Shown: in pieces, positions 27,941 through 36,650 of the stretch
Layout of the letters: each line of letters starts with the position of its first letter
Numbering within the stretch: position 1 is the stretch's first letter
DNA from: Candidatus Uhrbacteria bacterium
GTDB lineage: Bacteria > Patescibacteriota > Patescibacteriia > UBA9934 > GWF2-40-263
Assembly: GCA_016205975.1 (NCBI GenBank)
Contig: JACQSK010000015.1
Location: 10,624-74,623, forward strand
Reading direction: 5' to 3'
DNA length: 64,000 bases
Translations under genes and position numbers: made by a program
The notes under the pieces: generated by a model
The model's database searches: none
Seen by the model: the letters and a program-made list of their open reading frames with translations, nothing else
Told to the model about the DNA's origin: nothing

Positions 27941-29749
27941 GTGCGATGTGATATGAGCATCTTCTCTCGCGGTACAGATCATCGTCTTTATCTATTCTGC
28001 ACTCTGTTGGTGCTGATTTTTTTGTTGGGCATAGTGATCGGTGGTTCAACGCAAGAAAAGGGAGCCTCTCAAACCGAGCTGGTAAGTGGTCCGGTTTTTT
28101 CGTATGGTTACGCCGCCGCGTCGTTTTATGAGAGAGCCAACGGGACGGCAGAGGCGATCGGGAGAACGAGAGCGCACTCGGCGATTGTGGCACATCATCT
28201 TCTCGTCGCAGACAAGATCGCGCAAGTGTTTGCTGCGCTGGGAGACGGGAAGGAGAAGACGGTCGTAATTCTTTCGCCGAATCATTTTTTTGCTGGACGT
28301 TCTGCCCTGCAGACGACGACAGGATCCTGGACAACGCCGTTTGGGGAGGTGGAGGTTGATCGTGAGAGTGTCGGCGCGCTCCTGGCGGCCGTGCCGGAGC
28401 TGTCCCTCGAGCCTGGGACGTTCAAAGAGGAACACGGCGTGGCTTCGCTCACGCCATTTGTGAAAACGTGGTTTCCCGAATCTAAGCTCGTGCCGCTTGT
28501 GATTCATGACAAGGCAACCGATGAAGAAGTCGCGGCGCTCGCTCGAGCGATTGAAGACGAACTTCCCGACGCTCTCGTGATTGCCTCGATCGACATGTCG
28601 CATTATCTTCCCGAGCACATTCAAGAGTATCACGATGCGGTGACGATGCGATCGATCGCGCAGGGCGCGGCGGACTTCGATCTCGAGATCGATGCCAATG
28701 ATGTGTTGCAGACACTGTTTGAAGTGAATCGTCTGCGCGGGGACCAGCAGTGGGTACAGACGCATCACGGAAGCTCGCTCGCGATGGAGGCAACGGACGA
28801 CTGGCGAGAGAATACCAGTCACATCCTTGGATATTTTATGGATGGCGAACCCGTGCCGGATCCGTTCGTGAGTTTGCAGTTTGTCGGCGACGTCATGCTC
28901 GATCGCGGCGTTCGTATCAAGATGGAAGAACACGGAGCGGCTTATCCATGGGAGAACGTCCAGCGTTTCCTGCAAGGATCGCATCTGCGCATTGCCAATC
29001 TTGAAGGGACGGTGAGTGAGAAGGAGATCCCCATGACCTACGAGTCGCCGTTCACCTTCACCTTTGCGCCGGAGTTCATAGAGGCGATGAAGCCGTTCAT
29101 CGACGCGGTGAGTCTTGCAAATAATCACTCAGACGACTTTGGCGCAGAAGGTGAACAGGAGACGCGGGATCGCCTCGCCATCGATCTCGGGATCGATTGG
29201 TTCGGAGGCTCCTCACGTTCTGATGATATTTACCGATACGACCTCTGTGACCAATCGGGGTGCTCTCTTGGGATCAGTCTGATCGGCTTCAATCAGTTCG
29301 GATTCCCGATTCCCGACCTGACCCCCATTATTGAGGCTGAGGATCAGGCTGGGCGGTTTGTCATCGTCGTGCCGCACTGGGGCGAGGAATATGTCACGGA
29401 GCCACAGGAGAGCCAGCGCGAGCTGGCGACGGCGATGATCGCGGCTGGCGCGGACTTCATCGTCGGCGCGCACCCCCACGTCGTCCAGGGGATCGAAGTC
29501 ATTGACAACGTCCCTGTCGTTTACTCGCTCGGGAACTTTGTCTTCGATCAAGGCTTTGATGAGACCGCGCGTGGCCTGACGCTTGGTGTGATTCTGGACG
29601 ATAGAAGTGCTACACTTTACCTGTCACCGATCTCGACCCTGGACGGACAGCCAACGCCCATGTCAGACGAGGAAGCCGCACAGCTGCTTCTTGATCGAAA
29701 CATTTCAGCAAACTCTCTAACCATTTTTTATGATGAACCTTCATCCTGA
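27941..29749 (+). CDS. Membrane-anchored fusion protein: MEMO1-family domain (res ~60-300) + CapA/PGA_cap metallophosphatase-like domain (res ~305-602)
   Basis: N-terminal signal-anchor TM helix. MEMO1 landmarks: AIVAHHLL, ILSPNHF, EEHGVASLTPF, PLVIHD, IASIDMSHY. CapA landmarks: FVGDVMLDRG, ANLEG, SLANNHSDDFG, VVPHWGEEY, GADFIVGAHPHVVQG, YSLGNFVFDQ. Confidence 0.8.
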   Translation: MRCDMSIFSRGTDHRLYLFCTLLVLIFLLGIVIGGSTQEKGASQTELVSGPVFSYGYAAASFYERANGTAEAIGRTRAHSAIVAHHLLVADKIAQVFAALGDGKEKTVVILSPNHFFAGRSALQTTTGSWTTPFGEVEVDRESVGALLAAVPELSLEPGTFKEEHGVASLTPFVKTWFPESKLVPLVIHDKATDEEVAALARAIEDELPDALVIASIDMSHYLPEHIQEYHDAVTMRSIAQGAADFDLEIDANDVLQTLFEVNRLRGDQQWVQTHHGSSLAMEATDDWRENTSHILGYFMDGEPVPDPFVSLQFVGDVMLDRGVRIKMEEHGAAYPWENVQRFLQGSHLRIANLEGTVSEKEIPMTYESPFTFTFAPEFIEAMKPFIDAVSLANNHSDDFGAEGEQETRDRLAIDLGIDWFGGSSRSDDIYRYDLCDQSGCSLGISLIGFNQFGFPIPDLTPIIEAEDQAGRFVIVVPHWGEEYVTEPQESQRELATAMIAAGADFIVGAHPHVVQGIEVIDNVPVVYSLGNFVFDQGFDETARGLTLGVILDDRSATLYLSPISTLDGQPTPMSDEEAAQLLLDRNISANSLTIFYDEPSS

Positions 29750-31622
29750 GGACAATGAGTCTCGATCTGTGCGACCATGGCTTCTCTATTTGATCGGCGG
29801 AGCTCTTATCGTCGTCGCGTTTGCGACGGGCGTTTTTTTCTCTGATGTGATGGAGAGGCGTGCTGGCGATGTGTACCCGATTGTCGACGAAGAAGCCCTC
29901 GAGGAGGAGGGAGCTCCAGGATTCACTCAGGACGAGGAAGGAGAACCCGTCAAGTACACCGCCACCGGGACGCTCACGATCGATTGGATCGCTCCTGACG
30001 AGCAGCCGAGTTATCCGGACGATGGCGTGTTCGATCGAGCGATGTGCTACGACGTGTACGATGGAGAGATGGGCAATAGCTGTGCCGAAGACCCCGACGG
30101 AGGGCCTCGTTGGTCCTACAAACTTGGAACCGTGGAGGGCGGCGCCTATGACGGACGAGATGTGGTCATGACAAGCGTGCCGATGTCCGGCATGGGAGTT
30201 TATTACGAGACGTTCTATCTTCTCTATGATCCTGCGAGAGAACAGGCGCCGGTGATTATTGATTCCCAGACACGAGGGGAAGGGTGGACTCTTGGCGACG
30301 GGAACGCGATCACCGCTACGGAGCTGATCGGCGAGACTCGTCTTGCAAAACTTTCAGGCTATGTGATCGACACCGAAGCGCTGATTCCCGAGCTTGCGAT
30401 CGACAGGGCGCTGGTGGAACCACCACCCGGGAACGAATTTGCTTTTGTCGGCTCTTGGAGGCGTTTGTATTCTGACGAGGCGATTTCGCTCACAGGGGCA
30501 ACCGCGTCGACGACGCTTTCAGATGGGAGGACTTTGTATCTCTGGGAGCCGAAAGTGGACGCCGATGGAATGATCCTGGAAGGTCAGACAGGGGTCGGTA
30601 AGAACTTGTTTTACCTGGTCGATGAAGATGGTCGGGTGCTGTTCTATGATCTCATCGTTCCGTTTTTTGCTAACGAGGTCGATCAGGAAGGATATACAAA
30701 CCAGGCCATAGGCATTCCCAACGTGGAGTGGAAAGATGGATCGACCAACGACGCAACGTATCTGAAAGGGGACGTGGGTGGATGCGGGTTCACGACCGTG
30801 ACGCATGTCATCTCTCCTGCGGTTGTCACGTCTCTCGATTTGCAGTATGCCGGCGTAGGTGTCATGCCAGGAAGGGGAACGGAATACCCCGTGTACGAGC
30901 CCGAGAGCTACGAGAACGCGTATTACGAAGACGCGTTCAACGCCGTGACCTTTGGGGGCGAGGGCACAGAGCCCAAGACGTACGACGATTACTCTCATCC
31001 CTATTTTTACTTCCAGGATTCTTTTGGCCGATGGATCGAGTTCATGAGCAACGAGCTGATCCCACCGGTGGAATGTGGCAAGCCGGTGGTCTATCTCTAT
31101 CCTGAGCAGGAAACGGACCTGGAGGTCTTCGTGCATCCGCGCGGCGGGTTCTCCTCTACCGAGCCTGAGTACGGCGATGGGTGGGACGTGACGGCCTATC
31201 CCGACGGCCACCTTGTGAACCGAGCGGACGGCATCGGCTATCCGTACCTGTTCTGGGAAGGTCGTGGTGGACTGTATGCGCCGCCGAGTTCGTATTGGGT
31301 CATGGCTCGGTCGGATGTTGAATCATTCTTGAGAGCCACGCTCACAAAAATGAATCTGAGCGGAAACGAAACGGACGACTTCATCGAGTTCTGGCTGCCG
31401 CGCATGCAAGAGGCGTCGTACTACAAGATCGGTTTCCACGACACGCGGGTGATGGATGCACTTGCTCCACTCAGCTTCTCGGTCGCACCTGATCACGTCT
31501 TCCGCATCCTGATGGATTACTCCGAGCTTCAAACTCCCGAGCCGTCCAAGCCACCGGCACGTCTGCCTCGCGCCAACCGCGAAGGGTTCGATGTGCTTGA
31601 ATGGGGCGGCGTGCTTCGCTAG
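29730..31622 (+). CDS. Hypothetical exported/membrane-anchored protein (630 aa) translationally coupled to the MEMO1-CapA gene
   Basis: N-terminal TM anchor and an acidic, aromatic-rich extracytoplasmic body. 20-nt overlap with the upstream gene. No family recognised. Confidence 0.6.
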   Translation: MMNLHPEDNESRSVRPWLLYLIGGALIVVAFATGVFFSDVMERRAGDVYPIVDEEALEEEGAPGFTQDEEGEPVKYTATGTLTIDWIAPDEQPSYPDDGVFDRAMCYDVYDGEMGNSCAEDPDGGPRWSYKLGTVEGGAYDGRDVVMTSVPMSGMGVYYETFYLLYDPAREQAPVIIDSQTRGEGWTLGDGNAITATELIGETRLAKLSGYVIDTEALIPELAIDRALVEPPPGNEFAFVGSWRRLYSDEAISLTGATASTTLSDGRTLYLWEPKVDADGMILEGQTGVGKNLFYLVDEDGRVLFYDLIVPFFANEVDQEGYTNQAIGIPNVEWKDGSTNDATYLKGDVGGCGFTTVTHVISPAVVTSLDLQYAGVGVMPGRGTEYPVYEPESYENAYYEDAFNAVTFGGEGTEPKTYDDYSHPYFYFQDSFGRWIEFMSNELIPPVECGKPVVYLYPEQETDLEVFVHPRGGFSSTEPEYGDGWDVTAYPDGHLVNRADGIGYPYLFWEGRGGLYAPPSSYWVMARSDVESFLRATLTKMNLSGNETDDFIEFWLPRMQEASYYKIGFHDTRVMDALAPLSFSVAPDHVFRILMDYSELQTPEPSKPPARLPRANREGFDVLEWGGVLR

Positions 31623-31626
31623 ACAA

Positions 31627-31668
31627 ACAAAAAACACTCGGGTCAATGACTCGGGTGTTTTTTATGGA
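31627..31668 (+). terminator. Intrinsic terminator, which is also copy 1 of a 30-nt direct repeat: AAAAAACACTCGGGTCAATGACTCGGGTGTTTTTT
   Basis: 13-bp stem (with G.U pairs) plus U-run, 5 nt after the stop of the 630-aa gene. Near-identical copy at 32317-32355. Confidence 0.6.
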
Positions 31669-31725
31669 GCATTTGACCACTCGTCTTGAGGATGATAGAG
31701 TAACAAAAATTGTTACAGTTTATCT

Positions 31726-31944
31726 ATGCGCAACATCGTCAACATTTCCCTACCAGGCAGTCTTACAAAAGAAGTCGAACGTGGAGTCAAAGAATTCCAT
31801 TTTGCTTCCAAGAGTGAATTTTTTCGGCATCTGGTCCGAGAGTGGCTCACAGGACACTTGGTTTTGGACTTGGCTCAGAGTCGTCGTGAGTACGCCCAGG
31901 GGAAAGCCAAAGTTTTGTCGAACGTAAAAGATCTTTGGAAGTAG
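31726..31944 (+). CDS. Ribbon-helix-helix (CopG-like) antitoxin
   Basis: Small RHH protein sitting 4 nt upstream of a RelE paralog. Confidence 0.65.
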   Translation: MRNIVNISLPGSLTKEVERGVKEFHFASKSEFFRHLVREWLTGHLVLDLAQSRREYAQGKAKVLSNVKDLWK

Positions 31945-31948
31945 TGTT

Positions 31949-32209
31949 ATGGCGGAAGTTCTCTACACGCCGCATTTCAAGCGTGACGCAAAACGCTTGC
32001 CGGTTTCTCTGCGCAAACTTATTGAGGATCGGCTCAAGCGTTTCAAAACAGATCCGTTCGATCCCTTACTCAAGACTCACAAGTTAGACGGGAAGCTGCG
32101 CGGACACTGGTCGTTTTCCATCGACCACAAGATTCGTGCGATCTTTAGCATCGAGGACAAATCAGTGTTTGTCCTTCATGCGATCGGTGATCATTCCATC
32201 TACGATTAG
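31949..32209 (+). CDS. RelE/YafQ-family toxin (paralog 3)
   Basis: HKLDGKLRGHWSFSIDHKIRAIF...AIGDHSIYD. Confidence 0.75.
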   Translation: MAEVLYTPHFKRDAKRLPVSLRKLIEDRLKRFKTDPFDPLLKTHKLDGKLRGHWSFSIDHKIRAIFSIEDKSVFVLHAIGDHSIYD

Positions 32210-32316
32210 GAACAAATAACCTATGCCTCCAGAAGACAGAGCTTCCTTCTGTCCATCCTGTGGCTATCCTGCTCATGCTGGTCACGCGCCGAAATGCTCG
32301 GTTGTTGCAGGAAAGA

Positions 32317-32355
32317 AAAAACACTCGGGTCATAGACTCGGGTGCTTTTATATCT
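32317..32355 (+). repeat. Copy 2 of the 30-nt repeat/terminator hairpin (AAAAAACACTCGGGTCATAGACTCGGGTGCTTTTAT)
   Basis: 27 of 30 core positions match copy 1. Together the two copies bracket TA module 3. Confidence 0.6.
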
Positions 32356-32599
32356 GGGGTGGAAGTGCTGTTTCTGGCTTGCCGTGTGACTTATTCCAGT
32401 TCATCTACCTCTTTTCCTGTGCGGTCAATTCCCAGATGATTTCCGTCGAAGGACAAGCCAGGACGGGGTTCTTGCCCACCGAGACCTCAGTGGTATTGGC
32501 GAGACACGATACTGCACAAGAGGACAGGCTACCAGAAGGTCAGGTTTCTGTCAAACGATCGTGGGCTTTTCCCTGTAAAAGCAGCTGATTACTCATTTC

Positions 32600-32627
32600 T
32601 TGACACAGCCCTCTCATCGGCTAAAAT
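32600..32627 (+). promoter_or_regulatory. Sigma70-like promoter (TTGACA-16-TAAAAT) for the 137-aa ORF
   Basis: Consensus hexamers. The ATG lies 10 nt after the -10. Confidence 0.45.
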
Positions 32628-32636
32628 GCGCTCACT

Positions 32637-33050
32637 ATGAGCAACCACTTACAGCGTATCCTCGACCTCGTCCGCCGAACGGGAAACACCATGGTTGTCG
32701 TTGAAAAGGATCAAGATCAGGGATTTGTCGTCATGGACTTGGATCAGTATGAGGTTCTCCTAGATTCTCAGATCATTTCACCCACTCGTCCAGAATCCTC
32801 GACTCCCAACATCTGGGACGTGATGCCGGAGGCTAAGGAACAAGGGGAAACATGGGATCCAGACAGTCTATCCGAGGCAGAGATGGCCGAGTTGGAGAAG
32901 CAATACGAGCAGTTTGCCAAGAGAAACGTGAAGGTGGCGATACAAGAGACACAGACTGGGCCAACACCGGTTGAGCCTCCAAAGCCGCCAGAAACCAAAA
33001 AAGACGAGGACTTTGGCGAAGAAGAGTTCTATCTTGAACCTGTGGACTAA
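32637..33050 (+). CDS. Hypothetical protein with a Phd/YefM-like N-terminus and an acidic C-terminal tail (orphan antitoxin-like)
   Basis: QRILDLVRRTGNTMVVVEKDQDQGFVVMDLDQYEVLL resembles the Phd/YefM fold. No toxin partner is adjacent. Confidence 0.45.
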   Translation: MSNHLQRILDLVRRTGNTMVVVEKDQDQGFVVMDLDQYEVLLDSQIISPTRPESSTPNIWDVMPEAKEQGETWDPDSLSEAEMAELEKQYEQFAKRNVKVAIQETQTGPTPVEPPKPPETKKDEDFGEEEFYLEPVD

Positions 33051-33067
33051 GAGGGGAACCCAGAGAC

Positions 33068-33096
33068 TTGCGCGATTTCAGGCCCTTTGTTATACT
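33068..33096 (+). promoter_or_regulatory. Candidate independent promoter for tuf (TTGCGC-17-TATACT)
   Basis: Hexamers seen 80 nt upstream of the tuf ATG. Confidence 0.4.
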
Positions 33097-33176
33097 TTCG
33101 CACGTCTTCAAAAAAGGAGGCACGGATCAAAAATCATAAATAATTTTGGGTAAAAATTGCCCTTACTTTCAATCGT

Positions 33177-34370
33177 ATGGCTGAAGTCTTTCAGCGCACT
33201 AAGCCGCACGTGAACGTCGGTACCATTGGTCACGTTGACCATGGCAAGACCACGACCACGGCCGCCCTGCTCGCCGTTTTGAACGCGAAGGGCATGACTG
33301 CCCAGAAAAAGGGCGTGGATGATTTGGATAAGGCTCCTGAGTCCAAGGCGCGTGGAATCACGATCGCCACGGCTCACTGTGAGTATGAGTCCGACAAGCG
33401 TCATTATGCGCACGTCGACTGCCCAGGTCACGCCGACTACATTAAGAACATGATCACCGGTGCCGCCCAGATGGACGGAGCCATTTTGGTCGTGTCGGCC
33501 GCTGATGGTCCCATGCCTCAGACTCGTGAGCACATTCTGCTCGCTCGTCAGGTTGGCGTTCCAGCCGTTGTCGTGTTTTTGAACAAAGTCGATCAAGTGG
33601 ATGACCCAGAGCTGATTGATTTGGTTGAGGAAGAAGTCCGCGACCTGTTGAAGAAGTATGAGTTCCCAGGCGATGAAGTGCCCGTGATCCGTGGCTCAGC
33701 GCTCAAGGCGCTTGAGAACCCGACAGACGATGCGGCGACCAAGTGCATCATGGATCTCGTGAACGCCTTGGACACCTACATCCCAGAGCCCGTGCGTCAG
33801 ACCGACAAACCCTTCTTGATGCCAATCGAAGACGTGTTTTCGATCGAGGGTCGAGGAACCGTGGTGACAGGTCGCATCGAGCGCGGCATGGTCAAGATCA
33901 ACGAGGAGCTCCAGATCGTCGGTATGCGTCCAGAGGCCATGAAGACGGTCGTGACCGGTATTGAAATGTTCAACAAGCAGCTTTCTGAAGGGCGCGCTGG
34001 CGACAACGCAGGTTTGCTCTTGCGCGGAACGAAGAAAGAGGAAGTCGAGCGCGGCATGGTTTTGGCCGCTCCTGGTTCCATCACCCCTCACACCGAGTTT
34101 GAGGCCGAGACGTATGCACTCACCAAAGAGGAAGGCGGCCGCCATAAGCCATTCTTCAAAGGCTACAAGCCACAGTTTTACATTCGCACCACGGACGTGA
34201 CGGGCGAGGTGACACTGCCTGAGGGAACAGAGATGGTCATGCCGGGCGATACCGTGAACCTGACCATCAAGCTCATCCAGCCTGTGGCTCTTGAAGAGAA
34301 GATGTCTTTCGCGATCCGCGAAGGAGGTCACACGGTTGGCGCTGGTGTGGTAACAAAGATTATCAATTAA
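33177..34370 (+). CDS. tuf: Elongation factor Tu
   Basis: [21 protein letters not shown] motifs; 397 aa. Confidence 0.96.
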   Translation: MAEVFQRTKPHVNVGTIGHVDHGKTTTTAALLAVLNAKGMTAQKKGVDDLDKAPESKARGITIATAHCEYESDKRHYAHVDCPGHADYIKNMITGAAQMDGAILVVSAADGPMPQTREHILLARQVGVPAVVVFLNKVDQVDDPELIDLVEEEVRDLLKKYEFPGDEVPVIRGSALKALENPTDDAATKCIMDLVNALDTYIPEPVRQTDKPFLMPIEDVFSIEGRGTVVTGRIERGMVKINEELQIVGMRPEAMKTVVTGIEMFNKQLSEGRAGDNAGLLLRGTKKEEVERGMVLAAPGSITPHTEFEAETYALTKEEGGRHKPFFKGYKPQFYIRTTDVTGEVTLPEGTEMVMPGDTVNLTIKLIQPVALEEKMSFAIREGGHTVGAGVVTKIIN

Positions 34371-34377
34371 CCCATGA

Positions 34378-34420
34378 GGAGCTCCGGCGCGTTGCGTCGG
34401 GGCTCCTTATTCGTTCTTTT
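34378..34420 (+). terminator. Intrinsic terminator after tuf
   Basis: 13-bp GGAGCTCCGGCGC/GCGTCGGGGCTCC stem (two G.U pairs) followed by a T-rich tract. Confidence 0.55.
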
Positions 34421-34762
34421 TTGAAGCTTGTGACTGATCAGAACAAACAACCAGACGAGAAAGCGCGCATCCGCATCAAGATTCGTGCCTACGATCACAA
34501 GGTCATCGACTCCGCTACTCAGACCATCATGAAGACGGCTGAGCGGTCAGGGGCGGTGGTGATCGGCCCGGTTCCTCTTCCCACCGAGAAGCGGAAGTAC
34601 ACCGTGAACCGTTCCACGTTCGTCCATAAGGACTCACGGGACCAGTATGAGATGCGCGTCCACAAGCGCATCATCGACATCACGGATCCTACCGAGAAGA
34701 CGATCGACTCACTCATGAGTCTCAATCTTCCGGCAGGAGTAGACGTTGAGATTAAAACCTAG
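34421..34762 (+). CDS. rpsJ: 30S ribosomal protein S10
   Basis: [11 protein letters not shown] core. Non-ATG start (TTG 34421 or GTG 34430). Confidence 0.9.
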   Translation: MKLVTDQNKQPDEKARIRIKIRAYDHKVIDSATQTIMKTAERSGAVVIGPVPLPTEKRKYTVNRSTFVHKDSRDQYEMRVHKRIIDITDPTEKTIDSLMSLNLPAGVDVEIKT

Positions 34763-34918
34763 CGACGTTTGAACAAGGAAGAAAGATCTCGGGCAACAGT
34801 CAGATCTTGGAGAAAACCTTCCTCGTGCTTTGAACGCCGCTCTCGGGAGACGCGTATCCTCACAACTCACATTCCTCACGCTTGGAACCAACGGCCAACG
34901 CCGTTTTCGATCATGAGG

Positions 34919-34961
34919 CTAGAAGCCAGAAAAGAATCAAGGATTCTGTTCTGACTTCTAG
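34919..34961 (+). other. Long imperfect hairpin (20-bp stem, 2 mismatches, AAG loop) in an unusual 240-bp rpsJ-rplC spacer
   Basis: CTAGAAGCCAGAAAAGAATC-AAG-GATTCTGTTCTGACTTCTAG seen directly. Confidence 0.5.
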
Positions 34962-35004
34962 CTTTTACAGTTGGAAGTTAGAGATTGGAGGTTGGATAGA
35001 CATT

Positions 35005-35631
35005 ATGGCATTCATCATCGGACGCAAAATTGAAATGACGCAGAAGTTCAAGGACGATGGAACCGTGGTTCCTGTGACGTTGATTCTGGCTGAACCAAAC
35101 GTAGTGACGCAGGTGAAGAGCGAGGAAGCCGACGGCTATAAGGCCGTGCAAATCGGTACAGAGGTTCGCGATGCGCTCTCCAAACCTCGGACAGGACATC
35201 TGAAGGATATCCCTCTGGTTTCCCTCTTGCGCGAGTTTCGTGCGAGCCCGGGCGAGCTCAAGCGCGGAGACGCGATCACGGTTGAGGCGTTTGCTCCCGG
35301 AGTGCACGTCGATGTGGTGGGAATCTCCAAAGGACGCGGCTATGCGGGCGTCATGAAGCGACACCACTTCCATGGAAAGAAAGCCACGCACGGAACCAAA
35401 GACCAGGAACGCATGCCAGGGTCTATCGCCTCACAGCGTCAGGGGAAAGTGATCAAGGGCCAGCGCATGTCAGGACACATGGGCACCGATCGCGTCACGG
35501 TTAAAAACTTGGAAGTCATTTCTGTCGATCCCCAAACGAACGTCATCGCGCTAAAAGGCGCCATTCCAGGAGCGCGCGGGGGACTGGTGATGATTAAAAC
35601 CAGAACAGGCAACACGGTATGGCAAGTGTAG
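35005..35631 (+). CDS. rplC: 50S ribosomal protein L3
   Basis: L3 homology; start trimmed to MAFIIGRK. Confidence 0.93.
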   Translation: MAFIIGRKIEMTQKFKDDGTVVPVTLILAEPNVVTQVKSEEADGYKAVQIGTEVRDALSKPRTGHLKDIPLVSLLREFRASPGELKRGDAITVEAFAPGVHVDVVGISKGRGYAGVMKRHHFHGKKATHGTKDQERMPGSIASQRQGKVIKGQRMSGHMGTDRVTVKNLEVISVDPQTNVIALKGAIPGARGGLVMIKTRTGNTVWQV

Positions 35632-36254
35632 AACTCTACTCCGAACAAGGGGAGGCAAAGGGCACGCTCGCATTGGACGATCGTCTGTTTGGCGTGACCG
35701 TCACTCCGGCGCTGGTCCACCAGGCCGTCGTCACCCAAGCCGCGAACGGTCGCGCGTCCATTGCGCACACGAAGACGCGAGGCGAAGTGCAGGGCACGAC
35801 CAAGAAGCCTTGGAAGCAGAAGGGAACAGGACGCGCCCGACATGGATCCCGCCGCTCGCCGATTTGGATCGGCGGAGGCATCACCTTCGGTCCGCGCTCC
35901 GAACGGAACTTCAGTTTGAAGATGAACAAGCGCGCGCGCCAGAAGGCGCTCGCGATGGTGCTGAGTGACAAGGTCGCCAATGGCAGGGTTGTGGCCATTG
36001 AGCAGCTGACACTGACGGAAGGAAAGACAAAGTCCCTCATGAGCCTCTTGAAGAAGCTGCCACTGACCGGACGCAAGACGCTTGTGGTTTCCGAACCCGA
36101 CAACAAGAGCGTGGCACGCGCGGCGCGCAATCTGCGCGGCGTCGAGACGATCCCGGCCAATGCTCTGAACGTCGTGGATCTTCTGCGCGTAGATCAAATC
36201 GTCGTCACCGTGCCGGCGGTTGCGGTCATGACCCATCTCTTTAAGCGTATCTGA
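35619..36254 (+). CDS. rplD: 50S ribosomal protein L4
   Basis: L4 homology (KPWKQKGTGRAR). Confidence 0.93.
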   Translation: MASVELYSEQGEAKGTLALDDRLFGVTVTPALVHQAVVTQAANGRASIAHTKTRGEVQGTTKKPWKQKGTGRARHGSRRSPIWIGGGITFGPRSERNFSLKMNKRARQKALAMVLSDKVANGRVVAIEQLTLTEGKTKSLMSLLKKLPLTGRKTLVVSEPDNKSVARAARNLRGVETIPANALNVVDLLRVDQIVVTVPAVAVMTHLFKRI

Positions 36255-36255
36255 T

Positions 36256-36648
36256 ATGGGGATTTTTAACCGATTCAAGAAAACCAAGCACGAGCCGGAG
36301 GCGGCTCAAGAGAAGGCGACGGTGGTGATCCCCACGGCTCAGGGTTCGGTCACGATCCAAAAGCGCGCGACCTCCGACGTCATTGTGCGTCCTCTGGTCA
36401 CCGAAAAGGCCGCCATTCTTTCAAGCGGCAACACATATGTCTTTGTGGTGCGCAAGGATGCCAACCGCATCCAGGTGCGCTCGGCCATCAAAGAGATGTA
36501 CGGCATCACCCCGGTGCGCGTGAACATCCAAAACGTGCCAGGCAAGTGGGTACGTTTTGGACGCTCACAAGGCAAACGGTCAGACTGGAAAAAGGCTTTG
36601 GTGACGCTGCCTGCAGGCAAGACGATTAACGTCCACGAAGGAGTCTAA
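36256..36648 (+). CDS. rplW: 50S ribosomal protein L23 (with ~35-aa N-terminal extension)
   Basis: L23 core [11 protein letters not shown]...[12 protein letters not shown]. Confidence 0.88.
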   Translation: MGIFNRFKKTKHEPEAAQEKATVVIPTAQGSVTIQKRATSDVIVRPLVTEKAAILSSGNTYVFVVRKDANRIQVRSAIKEMYGITPVRVNIQNVPGKWVRFGRSQGKRSDWKKALVTLPAGKTINVHEGV

Positions 36649-36650
36649 GT

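Noticed and set aside
32223-32588. 121-aa ORF between toxin 3 and the Phd-like ORF
   Set aside because: Cys/Pro-rich odd composition. It contains the 30-nt repeat/terminator copy and the promoter of the downstream gene. Judged non-coding.
34769-34954. 61-aa ORF in the rpsJ-rplC spacer
   Set aside because: Overlaps the long hairpin. Basic low-complexity product. No support.
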